Below are positions 9,114 through 19,092 of a DNA stretch of 64,000 bases, piece after piece. Under the pieces are notes generated by a model that did not search any database, was not told where the DNA came from, and saw only the letters and a list, made by a program, of their open reading frames with translations. The stretch is taken from NCBI GenBank assembly GCA_964648795.1, contig CAZYMB010000005.1:44345-108344 (forward strand). The letters are read 5' to 3'. The DNA is from an uncultured Acidimicrobiaceae bacterium. Lineage in GTDB: Bacteria; Actinomycetota; Acidimicrobiia; Acidimicrobiales; SZUA-35. Both the position numbers and the translations under genes were made by a program. The first letter of the stretch is position 1, and every line of letters begins with the position of its first letter.

Positions 9114-10425
9114 GGGTCTCAATGATCTCTTTAACTCGAGCCATAAATGCTGCTGCATAGGCTCCATCGATTGCACGATGGTCCCAAGCTAACGCAAGAA
9201 CACCAACCGAGTGGATTGCAATTGATTCATTACCGAAGTCATCAGTAACTACAACTGGCTTACGCTTCACAGCATCAGTAGACATAATGGCTACTTGTGG
9301 CTGGTTAATAATTGGGAACTGCATCATCGTGCCATAGCTACCGGCATTTGTCAGTGTGAAAGTTCCACCAGACAATTCGTCTGGAGCCAACTGCTTAGAA
9401 CGTGCTCTTCTGGCAACATCTGAGATACTGCGAGCAATTGCACGCATTCTTTGACCGTCAGCGCCATGAACTACTGGAGCTAACAAGCCCTCGAAATTAA
9501 GGTCTACTGCCACAGCCAAGTTGATATAGTTATGAACTACCAACTCGCCTTGCCCTACTGATGCGTTCAAGTGAGGGAATTCACCAAGTGCGTCAATACA
9601 TGCTCTTGAAATAAATGGAAGGTAAGTAAGACTGAAACCTTCGTTTGACTTGAATTCCGCACCGTGCTTCCTTCGTACGGTTTCAACGTTCTCATAGTCA
9701 ATTTCCATTGCGGTCAATGTGTGTGGGGCAACAGCCTTTGACATAACCATATGTTCACCTGTCTTGAGGCGAATGTTAGTGAGAGGAATTACTGTGTCCC
9801 GATCGGTTGCTGTAACTGCTGGAGCAACTGCACGTGTCGGAGTTGCAGCCGCTGCGGGAGCAGCCGACGAGGCTGGCGCTGGAGCTGGAGCTGATGCTCC
9901 ACCAGAGCTAATGTGACGTTGCACATCGTCTCTAGAAATACGACCACCTAGACCAGTACCTGTGATGGCGCTGGCATCGAGGCCATGTTCTTTAATCATG
10001 CGGCGAACAACTGGAGATAGAAGCTTACCTTCAGTAGCGCTTGACGCTCCAGGTGCTGCCTCTTCCACAATCTCAGCTTCAGCTACCGGCTCAGGGGCAG
10101 GCGCTGCTGCAGGTGGTACTGGCGGAGGAGTTGGTTCTGGTTCTACTGCAGGGGCCGGCTCTTCGGCCGCTGGTGCTGCTGGTGCATCGCCAGAGTCTCC
10201 GAGGACAGCTAACACGGTTCCTACTTCGACAGTCTCACCTTCTGGAACTTTAATCTCCGAAAGCGTTCCCGCTAGTGGTGACGGAACTTCGGTGTCGACC
10301 TTGTCAGTCGACACTTCAAACAAGACCTCATCTAAGGCAACTGCCTCTCCGACGCTCTTAAACCACTTTGTGATAGTACCTTCTGTAACTGTCTCGCCTA
10401 GCTGAGGCATTTCGATGTTTGCCAC
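9088..10425 (-). CDS. dlaT: Dihydrolipoamide acyltransferase (E2), single lipoyl domain
   Basis: EVSTDKVDTEVPSP lipoyl Lys, SPVVRR...GTGLGGRI binding domain, WDHRAIDGA catalytic motif. Confidence 0.95.
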   Translation of the reverse strand: MANIEMPQLGETVTEGTITKWFKSVGEAVALDEVLFEVSTDKVDTEVPSPLAGTLSEIKVPEGETVEVGTVLAVLGDSGDAPAAPAAEEPAPAVEPEPTPPPVPPAAAPAPEPVAEAEIVEEAAPGASSATEGKLLSPVVRRMIKEHGLDASAITGTGLGGRISRDDVQRHISSGGASAPAPAPASSAAPAAAATPTRAVAPAVTATDRDTVIPLTNIRLKTGEHMVMSKAVAPHTLTAMEIDYENVETVRRKHGAEFKSNEGFSLTYLPFISRACIDALGEFPHLNASVGQGELVVHNYINLAVAVDLNFEGLLAPVVHGADGQRMRAIARSISDVARRARSKQLAPDELSGGTFTLTNAGSYGTMMQFPIINQPQVAIMSTDAVKRKPVVVTDDFGNESIAIHSVGVLALAWDHRAIDGAYAAAFMARVKEIIETRDWESELG

Positions 10426-10499
10426 ATGTTCTCCTTTGAACCAATTCCTAATAACTTACTAATGTCGAACAGCCATAGCTGCTTTCTCGAACAAAATTC

Positions 10500-11906
10500 C
10501 TAGTGGAGAGACCTTCCTGTCAAAGACAGAACGGTTTCACCAAATACTTCTGACATTGTTGGATGCGGCTGAATCAAGCTAGCCACATCATCAACTGTTG
10601 CTTCCCAGTTAACGGCCAAATAGCCCTGACCAAGCTGCTCAGTCACCCATGGACCAACCATATGGACACCTAGGATTCGCCCTCCAGTACCATCAGCCTG
10701 CTTTTCGGCAATAATCTTGACGAGCCCATCAGTCTCACCGACTATCATCGCACGTCCGTTACCTGTAAAGCGATGCTTAGAAACCACGACGTCCATGCCA
10801 GCTTCTTTCGCTGACTCTTCAGAATGTCCTACGAATGAGACCTCTGGATGACAATAAATGCACCAAGGAACTTTGTCGTAGTCGATTGGGGTTGCGTCTT
10901 CGCCCAAGATGTCTTTAATAACCATCATGCCTTCGGCGAATCCGATATGGGCAAGCGCTGGTGTTGCCACACAATCACCAATTGCCCAGACTCCATCAGC
11001 GGTAGTGCGACAGTGTTCGTCGACTTCAATGAAGCCACGATCATCAATATTTACACCTGTTGCTTCGAGACCAAGGGTCTCAGTTGCTGGTCGACGACCA
11101 ATTGACATAACAACCGTGTTGGCGGTAACGGTTTCGTTGTCGTCACCGAAGGTCAGCGTTACCTGATCACCCTCTGTGACTTGGGACTTAACAGCTACCC
11201 CTGTCTTAATTGTGATCCCTCGCTTAGCGAAGTTCTTTTCGACAACCTTTACAGCGTCGATATCAAGCCCCGGCAAAATTTTCGGTGCATACTCAAGGAT
11301 TGTTACTTCAGTGCCAAGGTCAGCCATCATAGATGCAAACTCGCACCCTATTGCTCCTCCACCTACCACTACTGCCGATGATGGCAGTTCAGGAATCGAC
11401 AACATCTCGTCTGAGGTAACGATTCTGCGATCATCAATTGGGAAACCATCCATCACCCGAGGAACAGAACCCGCAGCCAGCACGACAGCGTCGCCTGTAA
11501 TTACTTGACCATCTGATGCGCCACCGGTGATAGTAACAGTTCGGTTATCGGCACCTAGTGTTCCCATGCCTTCAAAGACATGAACTTTACGACTCTTCAA
11601 TAGCCCGCCGAGGCCACCGACTAGTTGGTCGACAATACCCTGTTTGCGGTTAAGCGTTGTCGACCAGTCGACTCCCTTAGCTTCGGCCAACACGCCAAAG
11701 CCAGAAGCATGAGACACTGCTCTAGAAACTGCTGCAGTTTCCAGAAGTTCTTTGGCAGGTATACAGCCAACGTTGAGGCATGTGCCCCCCAGTTTGCCTT
11801 TTTCAACTAGTGCTATGTTTAGCCCAGCGGAAGCTCCATATAATGCAGCGGCGTAACCACCTGGGCCACCACCCACTACTACAACATCAAACTCTGTATC
11901 GCTCAC
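10500..11906 (-). CDS. lpdA: Dihydrolipoyl dehydrogenase (E3)
   Basis: GGGPGGY, GGTCLNVGCIP redox disulfide, HPTMSE. Confidence 0.96.
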   Translation of the reverse strand: MSDTEFDVVVVGGGPGGYAAALYGASAGLNIALVEKGKLGGTCLNVGCIPAKELLETAAVSRAVSHASGFGVLAEAKGVDWSTTLNRKQGIVDQLVGGLGGLLKSRKVHVFEGMGTLGADNRTVTITGGASDGQVITGDAVVLAAGSVPRVMDGFPIDDRRIVTSDEMLSIPELPSSAVVVGGGAIGCEFASMMADLGTEVTILEYAPKILPGLDIDAVKVVEKNFAKRGITIKTGVAVKSQVTEGDQVTLTFGDDNETVTANTVVMSIGRRPATETLGLEATGVNIDDRGFIEVDEHCRTTADGVWAIGDCVATPALAHIGFAEGMMVIKDILGEDATPIDYDKVPWCIYCHPEVSFVGHSEESAKEAGMDVVVSKHRFTGNGRAMIVGETDGLVKIIAEKQADGTGGRILGVHMVGPWVTEQLGQGYLAVNWEATVDDVASLIQPHPTMSEVFGETVLSLTGRSLH

Positions 11907-11922
11907 TTGTACCTAACCTTAT

Positions 11923-12012
11923 TTAGCTTGCAATAATAACCTGCGTAATAAAAGCACCCAGGATCAAGAGGCCAGTGCCCAATGACAGCAGGAGAAGAAA
12001 GCGGGTGCTCAC
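11923..12012 (-). CDS. Small single-pass membrane protein, 29 aa (below ORF-track cutoff)
   Basis: GTG..TAA translates to MSTRFLLLLSLGTGLLILGAFITQVIIAS. TAGTCT -10-like box 7 nt upstream. Same strand as, and 16 nt upstream of, lpdA. Confidence 0.6.
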   Translation of the reverse strand: MSTRFLLLLSLGTGLLILGAFITQVIIAS

Positions 12013-12051
12013 CCGGAGTAGACTAGCGCGAGGTTCGACCGTTTAGGATAA

Positions 12052-12963
12052 ATGACCAACATGAAAATTGTAATCTCCGGGGCTTCAGGGATGATTGGCT
12101 CGACACTTAGCACCGAGCTGCAAAATCAAGGCAACAAAGTGATGCATTTGGTTCGCCGGCCAACGAAGACAGCTCACGAAATACAGTGGGATCCGAACAA
12201 CTACAAACTGCCCGACGGCTGTCTCGATGGGACTGATGCTGTGATAAACCTCAACGGTGCCAACATAGGTGGCAAGCGTTGGACCGAGTCTTACAAACAA
12301 ACTCTCGTTAACTCACGTCTGAGCCCAACTGCTACGCTCGCAACCGCCATAAGTCAAAGCTCTAACCCACCAAAGTGCTTCCTGTCAGGATCTGCAATCG
12401 GATACTACGGAGCACGTGGTGATGAAGAATTGACTGAACAATCAGAACCAGGGAAAGGGTTCTTGGCGCAACTTACAAAAGATTGGGAAGCAGCTGCAAC
12501 TCCGGCAGTCGAAGCCGGAGTGCGAACCTGTTACTTGCGCACTGGAGTGGTACTTCACCCAAGCGGTGGAGCCCTACAGAAAATGTTGCCACTTTTTAAG
12601 TTTGGACTTGGCGGCAAGATGGGCAACGGAAACCAAATCTGGTCTTGGATAACGTTGGCCGACGAAGTCAGCGCAATTATCCACTTGATAACTTCGACTG
12701 TTTCAGGCCCTGTCAACTTGACGAGCCCAACCCCAGTCACCAACGAAGAGTTCACAAAGCAGATGGGTGCCCACCTTGGACGGCCTACTGTTTTGCCGGT
12801 ACCAAAATTTGGGCCGTCACTACTCCTTGGTTCTGAACTAGCTCAAAGTCTTTTGTTTGACTCAGCCAATGTGTTACCAAGGGTTTTAGCCGATTCAGGC
12901 TTTACACATGCACAGCAGTCTTTACCTGAAGCGCTCGAGAGCCTTATCCCGAAGCGCTCTTAA
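12052..12963 (+). CDS. TIGR01777/YfcH-family NAD-dependent epimerase-like protein
   Basis: KIVISGASGMIG, RWT..YKQTL..SR, RTGVVL...GGAL..ML..FK.GLGG, SWI..D, GPVN. Confidence 0.92.
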   Translation: MTNMKIVISGASGMIGSTLSTELQNQGNKVMHLVRRPTKTAHEIQWDPNNYKLPDGCLDGTDAVINLNGANIGGKRWTESYKQTLVNSRLSPTATLATAISQSSNPPKCFLSGSAIGYYGARGDEELTEQSEPGKGFLAQLTKDWEAAATPAVEAGVRTCYLRTGVVLHPSGGALQKMLPLFKFGLGGKMGNGNQIWSWITLADEVSAIIHLITSTVSGPVNLTSPTPVTNEEFTKQMGAHLGRPTVLPVPKFGPSLLLGSELAQSLLFDSANVLPRVLADSGFTHAQQSLPEALESLIPKRS

Positions 12964-13241
12964 GAAACTTTTACCGCAGGATAAAAAGCAACATGGTCTT
13001 TGATGTTAATGGCATCAGGCAGTGGCTCTTCATATTGCCAGGCTGCATTGTCAGCTACCTCGCCATCGACTGATAGTGAGTAGTAGCTGGCTGAACCTTT
13101 CCATGGACACAACGTGGTTTGCTCTGTCTTGTTGAAGTAGTCCCACTTCACAGACTCTGCCGGAAAGTAGTGATTACCTTCGACAACTACGGTTGAGTCA
13201 GACTCAGCTATTACTTTTCCACCAAATTCTGCGGTAGTCAT
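12960..13241 (-). CDS. DUF427 family protein
   Basis: IAESDSTVVVEGNHYFP...CPWKGSASYY...AAWQY...IKDHVAFY. AGGAG SD before ATG 13241. Confidence 0.9.
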   Translation of the reverse strand: MTTAEFGGKVIAESDSTVVVEGNHYFPAESVKWDYFNKTEQTTLCPWKGSASYYSLSVDGEVADNAAWQYEEPLPDAINIKDHVAFYPAVKVS

Positions 13242-13397
13242 TTGAACTCCTTGTACGGTTACTTGAAGGCTAGCGGTAGGCAAACAGTCCCGGTTTGGGT
13301 ACTTTACCCCACTAACTATCAGGGTTATAGCGCGACTTTAGGCACACACTGGAGTCATACCCTTTGCCGACCCGGTTACCGGCCGAGAAAGAACAAA

Positions 13398-13652
13398 ATG
13401 AGTCCCAAGGTAAACGAAGAAACACCAATATTCATAGAGGCTAAGCAACCTCGCAAATCTTTAGCTACTCGCTCTCAGTGCCTTCGTATTTTGGGTCTAG
13501 TCGGAGAACCAACTCAAGACGACATCCAAAGCGCCTATAGAGGCTTGGTCGCTGATATGACTCCAGGTAAAAACGCTGACCATTCTCGAGTTTCACTTGC
13601 CAATACACTTCTAGCCGAAGTCGAACTGGCTTACGAAGAACTTAGCGCCTAA
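13398..13652 (+). CDS. Small J-domain-like protein lacking HPD
   Basis: ILGL..EPTQDDIQSAYRGLV.....and ..LLAEVELAYEEL match J-domain helices II and III. HPD is replaced by TPG. Confidence 0.65.
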   Translation: MSPKVNEETPIFIEAKQPRKSLATRSQCLRILGLVGEPTQDDIQSAYRGLVADMTPGKNADHSRVSLANTLLAEVELAYEELSA

Positions 13653-14114
13653 CTATTGTTCAGTTGCCTCGACTGCTAGACGGTCTGCTTTGTCATTCAT
13701 TTCGTTACCAGAGTGACCTTTAACCCAAGTAAATTTGATTTCATCTTGGCGATCTAAGTATGCCTCAATCAAAGGTTCCCAGAGGTCTCTGTTTGCCACT
13801 GGTTTTCCGGTTGAATTCTTCCAGCCCCGCCTCAACCAGTTTGAATACCAACGGTCCTTGAAGCAATTTACAACGTAAGTCGAGTCAGAATAGATGTGCA
13901 ACTCCCCCTCATTGGAAGTAATTGCTTCCAACACTGCACGAAGTTCCATTCGTTGATTTGTCGATGGAGTCTCTGGACCGCTATCGAAATCATCATCAGA
14001 CGCTATCCATGCCCAACCTCCTGGACCAGGGTTACCAGAACAAGCTCCATCTGTGTAGATCTCTTTAGCCAATACATTCCCTCGCATCCACCGTTCGGAG
14101 ATAAACCCTACCAC
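13653..14114 (-). CDS. rnhA: Ribonuclease HI
   Basis: YTDGACSGNPGPGGWA, TNQRMEL, SDSTYV, VANRDLW, WVKGHSG, ND.AD. True start is probably a few codons downstream. Confidence 0.95.
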   Translation of the reverse strand: MVGFISERWMRGNVLAKEIYTDGACSGNPGPGGWAWIASDDDFDSGPETPSTNQRMELRAVLEAITSNEGELHIYSDSTYVVNCFKDRWYSNWLRRGWKNSTGKPVANRDLWEPLIEAYLDRQDEIKFTWVKGHSGNEMNDKADRLAVEATEQ

Positions 14115-14207
14115 TTCGATGCACTAACTCTGAGGATCTAAAAACTTCTTGTCACCCAATTTGGCACATACTATTGAAAAGCTCCGCACAGAGACCACAA
14201 TAGAAAC

Positions 14208-16898
14208 ATGAATGATAGCTACCTAATGCAGTTCCCTGATTTTGATCCGGGGGAAACCGATGAATGGCTTGACTCGCTTGACTCAGTGAAGCAGATCAGA
14301 GGCCGTAAGCGAGCAAGGTATCTACTCGACCGACTCATCCAGCACGGAACCGATATTGACCTGTCTAACCCGGTGCCAGTCTCGACCGACTATGTAAACA
14401 CAATTCCGACAGAGTCTGAGCCAGAATTTCCCGGAGACCCAGAACTAGAACGACGCGTTAGAGCTTTCGTACGATGGAACGCTGCGGCAATGGTTGTAAA
14501 CGCGAACAAGCGCGCTGATGGAATTGGTGGACACCTTTCAACTTTTGCATCGTCGGCAACGTTGTATGAAACAGGTTTCAATCATTTCTTCCGAGGTAAA
14601 GAAGATGGAAGCGCCGGTGACGCAATTTACTTTCAGGGTCACGCTGCTCCCGGAATCTATTCACGGGCATTCCTCGAAGGGCGCCTAGACGAACAACACC
14701 TGGATAACTTCCGTTTCGAAGTAGATGGCCATGGCCTATCGAGCTATCCGCACCCACGTCTAATGCCAGAGTTTTGGGAGTATCCAACTGTCTCCATGGG
14801 ACTTGGACCAATCAACTCGCTATACCACGCACGTTTCCTTCGCTATCTCCACAACCGGGACATTGATGACACATCCAACACCAACGTCTGGGCGTTCCTA
14901 GGTGACGGTGAGTGCGACGAACCAGAAACTCTCGGTTCAATCTCGCTAGCTGGTCGTGACAAGCTCGACAATTTGACTTGGGTTATCAACTGCAACCTGC
15001 AGCGCCTTGACGGACCCGTTCGAGGAAACCAAAAGATTATCCAAGAGCTAGAAGCTGTGTTCCGTGGAGCGGGTTGGAATGTAATCAAAGTCATATGGGG
15101 CGAAAAGTGGGACGAACTCTTTGCTAATGACACTGAAGGTGTTCTTCAAGAGCGACTCGAAAACACAGTTGATGGTGAGTTCCAACGTTACGCCGTTGAG
15201 TCTGGCGCTTACATCCGCGAGAATTTCTTTGGGACCGACCCTCGTCTACTCAAGTTGGTCGAGCACCTTAGCGATGATGAGCTAAGACTTCTTCCACGAG
15301 GCGGACACGACTACAAGAAAGTTTACGCTGCCTACAAAGAAGCATCGGATCACAAGGGTCAACCAACCGTCATCTTAGCTAAGACAATCAAGGGTTGGAC
15401 TCTAGGAGATGGCTTTGAGGGGCGTAACGCAACTCATCAAATTAAGAAGATGACAGTAAACCAGATGCAAGAGCTAAGAGAACGGCTTTACCTAACTAAT
15501 GATGTGGACGAAGCTGAGCTGGAAGATGGCTTTGCACCATATCTAAAGCTTGATCCCGAAAGCCCTGAATACGCCTACATGATGGAACGACGTTCGGACC
15601 TTAATGGTTCGCTTCCAAAGAGGACCGTTTCAACTCGTCTTGCTCTTGGCCGACCAGAACCTAAACTATTCACCAACCTTGATGAAGGTTCAGGAGGCCG
15701 AGAAGTATCTACAACTATGGCCTTTGTTTCTCTGCTTCGTGACCTAATGCGAGACGATGCTTTCGGTGACCGAGTCGTACCAATTATTCCAGACGAAGCC
15801 AGAACATTCGGCATGGACTCGATGTTCAGAGAATTTAAGATCTACGCACCGTTTGGACAAAAGTATGAACCAGTCGACCACGCTCTACTACTTAGCTACA
15901 CAGAGGACACCAGCGGGCAGATTCTTGAAGAAGGAATCACCGAAGCTGGCTCAACTGCTAGCTGGCTAGCTGCTGCAACTAGCTATGCCCACCGAGGGGT
16001 GCCAATGGTGCCTTTTTACACGTTCTATTCAATGTTCGGATTCCAACGAGTTGGTGACCTTTTATGGTGCGCTGCGGACTCACGCGCACGTGGCTTCTTG
16101 ATTGGAGCAACCGCTGGTAGAACTACGCTTACAGGTGAAGGGCTACAACACCAAGACGGACATTCGCTAGCTTTGGCCGCAACAATTCCATCTTGCCAAG
16201 CCTATGACCCTGCTTTTGCTTATGAAGTATCAGCGATCGTTAAAGATGGCATGGAACGAATGTATGAGAAGGGCGAAGACGTCTACTACTACCTGACTGC
16301 TTACAACGAAAACTATGAGCAGCCAGCTAAACCCAAGGTCAAAGGTATTGACTCACAAATTATTTCTGGTTTATACAAGTGGGCCGACGCTCCAGCTGCA
16401 AAGCATCCAGCAACAATTCTGTTCTCTGGCTCAGCACACTCTGCTGCCCGAGAAGCACAAACTGAATTGGCAGCCAAATGGGATGTAGCAGCAAGTCTTT
16501 GGTCAGCAACCAGCTATAAGCGACTAAGAGAAGATGCTATGGAGGTAGAACGATGGAATCGTCTACATCCAACCGAGACTCCTCGTGTTGCTTATGTTAC
16601 TGAAGCACTCGAAGCCTCAGAAGGTCCAATCGTTGCTGTGAGCGATTATATGCGAGCAGTTCAAGAACAGATTCAGGCTTATGCACCTCGCAGCTACTTG
16701 GCGCTCGGCACTGATGGCTTTGGTCGTTCCGACGAACGTATGGCCCTGCGCAGGTTCTTTGAGACCAACACCCCACATATTGTGGTTGCTGTTCTATCTG
16801 AGCTCGCAAGTAACGGTGAAATACCGCCGGAGATAGTTGCTAAAGCAATTACCGAGTACGGAATTGATACCGAGGCAGATGCCCCCTGGACTAGGTAA
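14208..16898 (+). CDS. aceE: Pyruvate dehydrogenase E1, homodimeric type
   Basis: GGHLSTFAS, PTVSMGLGP, GDGECDEPE ThDP motif, NCNLQRLDGPVRGN, GEGLQHQDG. Confidence 0.97.
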   Translation: MNDSYLMQFPDFDPGETDEWLDSLDSVKQIRGRKRARYLLDRLIQHGTDIDLSNPVPVSTDYVNTIPTESEPEFPGDPELERRVRAFVRWNAAAMVVNANKRADGIGGHLSTFASSATLYETGFNHFFRGKEDGSAGDAIYFQGHAAPGIYSRAFLEGRLDEQHLDNFRFEVDGHGLSSYPHPRLMPEFWEYPTVSMGLGPINSLYHARFLRYLHNRDIDDTSNTNVWAFLGDGECDEPETLGSISLAGRDKLDNLTWVINCNLQRLDGPVRGNQKIIQELEAVFRGAGWNVIKVIWGEKWDELFANDTEGVLQERLENTVDGEFQRYAVESGAYIRENFFGTDPRLLKLVEHLSDDELRLLPRGGHDYKKVYAAYKEASDHKGQPTVILAKTIKGWTLGDGFEGRNATHQIKKMTVNQMQELRERLYLTNDVDEAELEDGFAPYLKLDPESPEYAYMMERRSDLNGSLPKRTVSTRLALGRPEPKLFTNLDEGSGGREVSTTMAFVSLLRDLMRDDAFGDRVVPIIPDEARTFGMDSMFREFKIYAPFGQKYEPVDHALLLSYTEDTSGQILEEGITEAGSTASWLAAATSYAHRGVPMVPFYTFYSMFGFQRVGDLLWCAADSRARGFLIGATAGRTTLTGEGLQHQDGHSLALAATIPSCQAYDPAFAYEVSAIVKDGMERMYEKGEDVYYYLTAYNENYEQPAKPKVKGIDSQIISGLYKWADAPAAKHPATILFSGSAHSAAREAQTELAAKWDVAASLWSATSYKRLREDAMEVERWNRLHPTETPRVAYVTEALEASEGPIVAVSDYMRAVQEQIQAYAPRSYLALGTDGFGRSDERMALRRFFETNTPHIVVAVLSELASNGEIPPEIVAKAITEYGIDTEADAPWTR

Positions 16899-17690
16899 TT
16901 AGTCTGATCTGGTCGAACCAGCCAAAGTAATTTCCCGATCGAGCCAACCAAGCAAGACTGCTATTGCACGTGGGTCTTGTTTAAGCTGGTGTCCTCCCCC
17001 ATCAATAAAACGCAAGTCTGCCTCGCCATGCTCATCGGCGATTATTCTTGCATCGAAATGTGGCACGACACCATCTTCTGAACCATGAATAATCATCAGT
17101 GGCTTAGGGGAGAATTCTCCGGCTGCTACCACTGCTCTTACTTGAGCTAGTTCTGCCTGCCATTCATCGACACTAGACGGGAACTTTGTATCGCTGATTG
17201 CACCAATCTGTCGGGCAAACTCTAGTAGATCCTTTGGGTTGGCATACCAGTCATCAAAATCGGCTGGAGAACCTAAGGTAGCAACGCCATCAACATGGGC
17301 ACTCTCGGTGGCCGAGACTAACCCAACAGCTCCCCCGGTGCCGAACCCTACAACCCAAACATGACTTATAGAATGCTCGTCAGCCAAGTATTGAATGGCC
17401 GCTGTTGCATCTTCAACCCAACCTTGTAGTGAGAAGTTACCATCTGAACCACCACAGCCTCGGAGTCCTAAGACCATTGCTTTACAGTCCATTTGAGTAA
17501 CAATTCGAAGCGCTAGAGCGTCAAGCCCTGACGTTACAATTTCGGCTTCTAGTTCTCTTGATGGAAAACCGTGGAGTATTAAAGCAGCATGCTTGACCGA
17601 AACCGCTGTTTCTACTTCGTAAAGTTGTGCCGTAAGCTCAAGATCACCCAAGCTGACTTTGACTGTACTTATTTGTGGCTCGCTATCCAT
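16899..17690 (-). CDS. Alpha/beta-hydrolase fold protein
   Basis: ILHGFP, GCGGSDG, GFGTGG nucleophile elbow (Thr at the usual Ser position), IIHGSEDGVVP, GGGHQ. Confidence 0.85.
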   Translation of the reverse strand: MDSEPQISTVKVSLGDLELTAQLYEVETAVSVKHAALILHGFPSRELEAEIVTSGLDALALRIVTQMDCKAMVLGLRGCGGSDGNFSLQGWVEDATAAIQYLADEHSISHVWVVGFGTGGAVGLVSATESAHVDGVATLGSPADFDDWYANPKDLLEFARQIGAISDTKFPSSVDEWQAELAQVRAVVAAGEFSPKPLMIIHGSEDGVVPHFDARIIADEHGEADLRFIDGGGHQLKQDPRAIAVLLGWLDREITLAGSTRSD

Positions 17691-17722
17691 AGGCGCTCCA
17701 GCTTAACCTCGACAAGCCTTGG

Positions 17723-18211
17723 GTGAAGGATCAAGCTAGAATCGATCTTATGCCTTTCTGGCTTTTACTTCTGTGCATGCTAATAGCGGCAATACTTTCA
17801 CTAATCTCGGTCGGATATGCGGTCCGCAGAGTCTTAACCACGCCACCACAGATCATCTTCGATGCTGAAGAGTCCATAGAGTACGCTGCCCAAGCTCTAC
17901 CCGATGAAGTGACAAGCCAAATCTCTTATGGTGATTTGCAACGGGTTCTACGTCTCCACCTTGAGTGGTTACAAGCGTTCCATTGGTCTCCTGTTGGAGC
18001 CTCAAAGAGCCCGATTGTATTCGATGAGCTGGAGCCAAAGCAATACATAACAGAGCGTGCAGAAGTCATTGGCCTAGAAATCGATACACAATATATCGAA
18101 TCAATACTTGCTTCACACTACGACTACTTAACGGCAGTCGGAGCCATTCATGCTCCTAGGCGCCCTGACGCTGCGACCGATCTTAACTCGACAGAAGAAT
18201 TAACAGCTTAG
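17723..18211 (+). CDS. Hypothetical single-pass membrane protein
   Basis: N-terminal hydrophobic helix followed by a soluble domain. Fills the gap between two genes. Confidence 0.75.
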   Translation: MKDQARIDLMPFWLLLLCMLIAAILSLISVGYAVRRVLTTPPQIIFDAEESIEYAAQALPDEVTSQISYGDLQRVLRLHLEWLQAFHWSPVGASKSPIVFDELEPKQYITERAEVIGLEIDTQYIESILASHYDYLTAVGAIHAPRRPDAATDLNSTEELTA

Positions 18212-19032
18212 TCTTTGTCGACTAGCGCTAGACCGTCTGTATCCGGGCTGAGAATAAAGAACTTGCCGCCATCGAACTCAGTGGCTGACATTTGTGAGTA
18301 GAACTCTTTAGTTCCCAGTAAGCCAATGCTTGGCCCCGCCCCAGAAAGCCAGGCCATATGTAATCCATCTATGTCGTGAGCGGCAGAAAAAACTGTCTGA
18401 GATTCGGGGCAGCAATCCAGTCTTGGGTCTTGATGAATCTTTTCACGACATGAACGTAGACCTTCAAGGTCTCCCTCATAGAAACATGACACAAGCCGAG
18501 CAGTACTTTCTATATTCACGACCGCATCCTCGAGTGACACTTCGTCTGGTAACTTCTTTCTGGAGCTGTCTGTCGAACTTGATTTTGACGCAATCCAAAT
18601 TAGAAACTCTTGCGGCAACTCAACATTGACTTGACGACAACTCTGCCTCGTTGCAATGTTCAGACCACCATAAACAGAGCCAGCGGCATTGTCTCCATGA
18701 CCTTCCAAATCGGCCACAATCTGAAACACCTTCGACTTAGCAGACTCTAGGTTGTCGCCTTTTTCAATCAAAGCCATTCCAGCGCCTACGGAACGAGCAG
18801 CTGCCGAAAATCCCAGACCGCGACCGGGCTCTAAGTTATGAGAAAACCAGACCTGACCCTTACCGTCAGCAGCTTCATAGGCCTGTCTGATAATTGATTC
18901 TGGACCTTCGGGTTCGCCGTCGCCAAAATTTCGGGCCGTTACATATCTGGCTAAACCAAGCCCGAAACAGTCAAATCCAGGTCCAAGGTTAGCAGTTGAG
19001 CCTGGGGCTCTGAGTTGGATGTGTTGCGACAT
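18208..19032 (-). CDS. thrB: Homoserine kinase
   Basis: APGSTANLGPGFDCFG, PGRGLGFSAA GHMP motif, EGHGDNAA, LSGAGPS. Confidence 0.9.
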   Translation of the reverse strand: MSQHIQLRAPGSTANLGPGFDCFGLGLARYVTARNFGDGEPEGPESIIRQAYEAADGKGQVWFSHNLEPGRGLGFSAAARSVGAGMALIEKGDNLESAKSKVFQIVADLEGHGDNAAGSVYGGLNIATRQSCRQVNVELPQEFLIWIASKSSSTDSSRKKLPDEVSLEDAVVNIESTARLVSCFYEGDLEGLRSCREKIHQDPRLDCCPESQTVFSAAHDIDGLHMAWLSGAGPSIGLLGTKEFYSQMSATEFDGGKFFILSPDTDGLALVDKD

Positions 19033-19092
19033 TTCGGCACCACTATATCACTATTGAACTTTCCAATTAATACCTAACCTAGACTCGTCACT

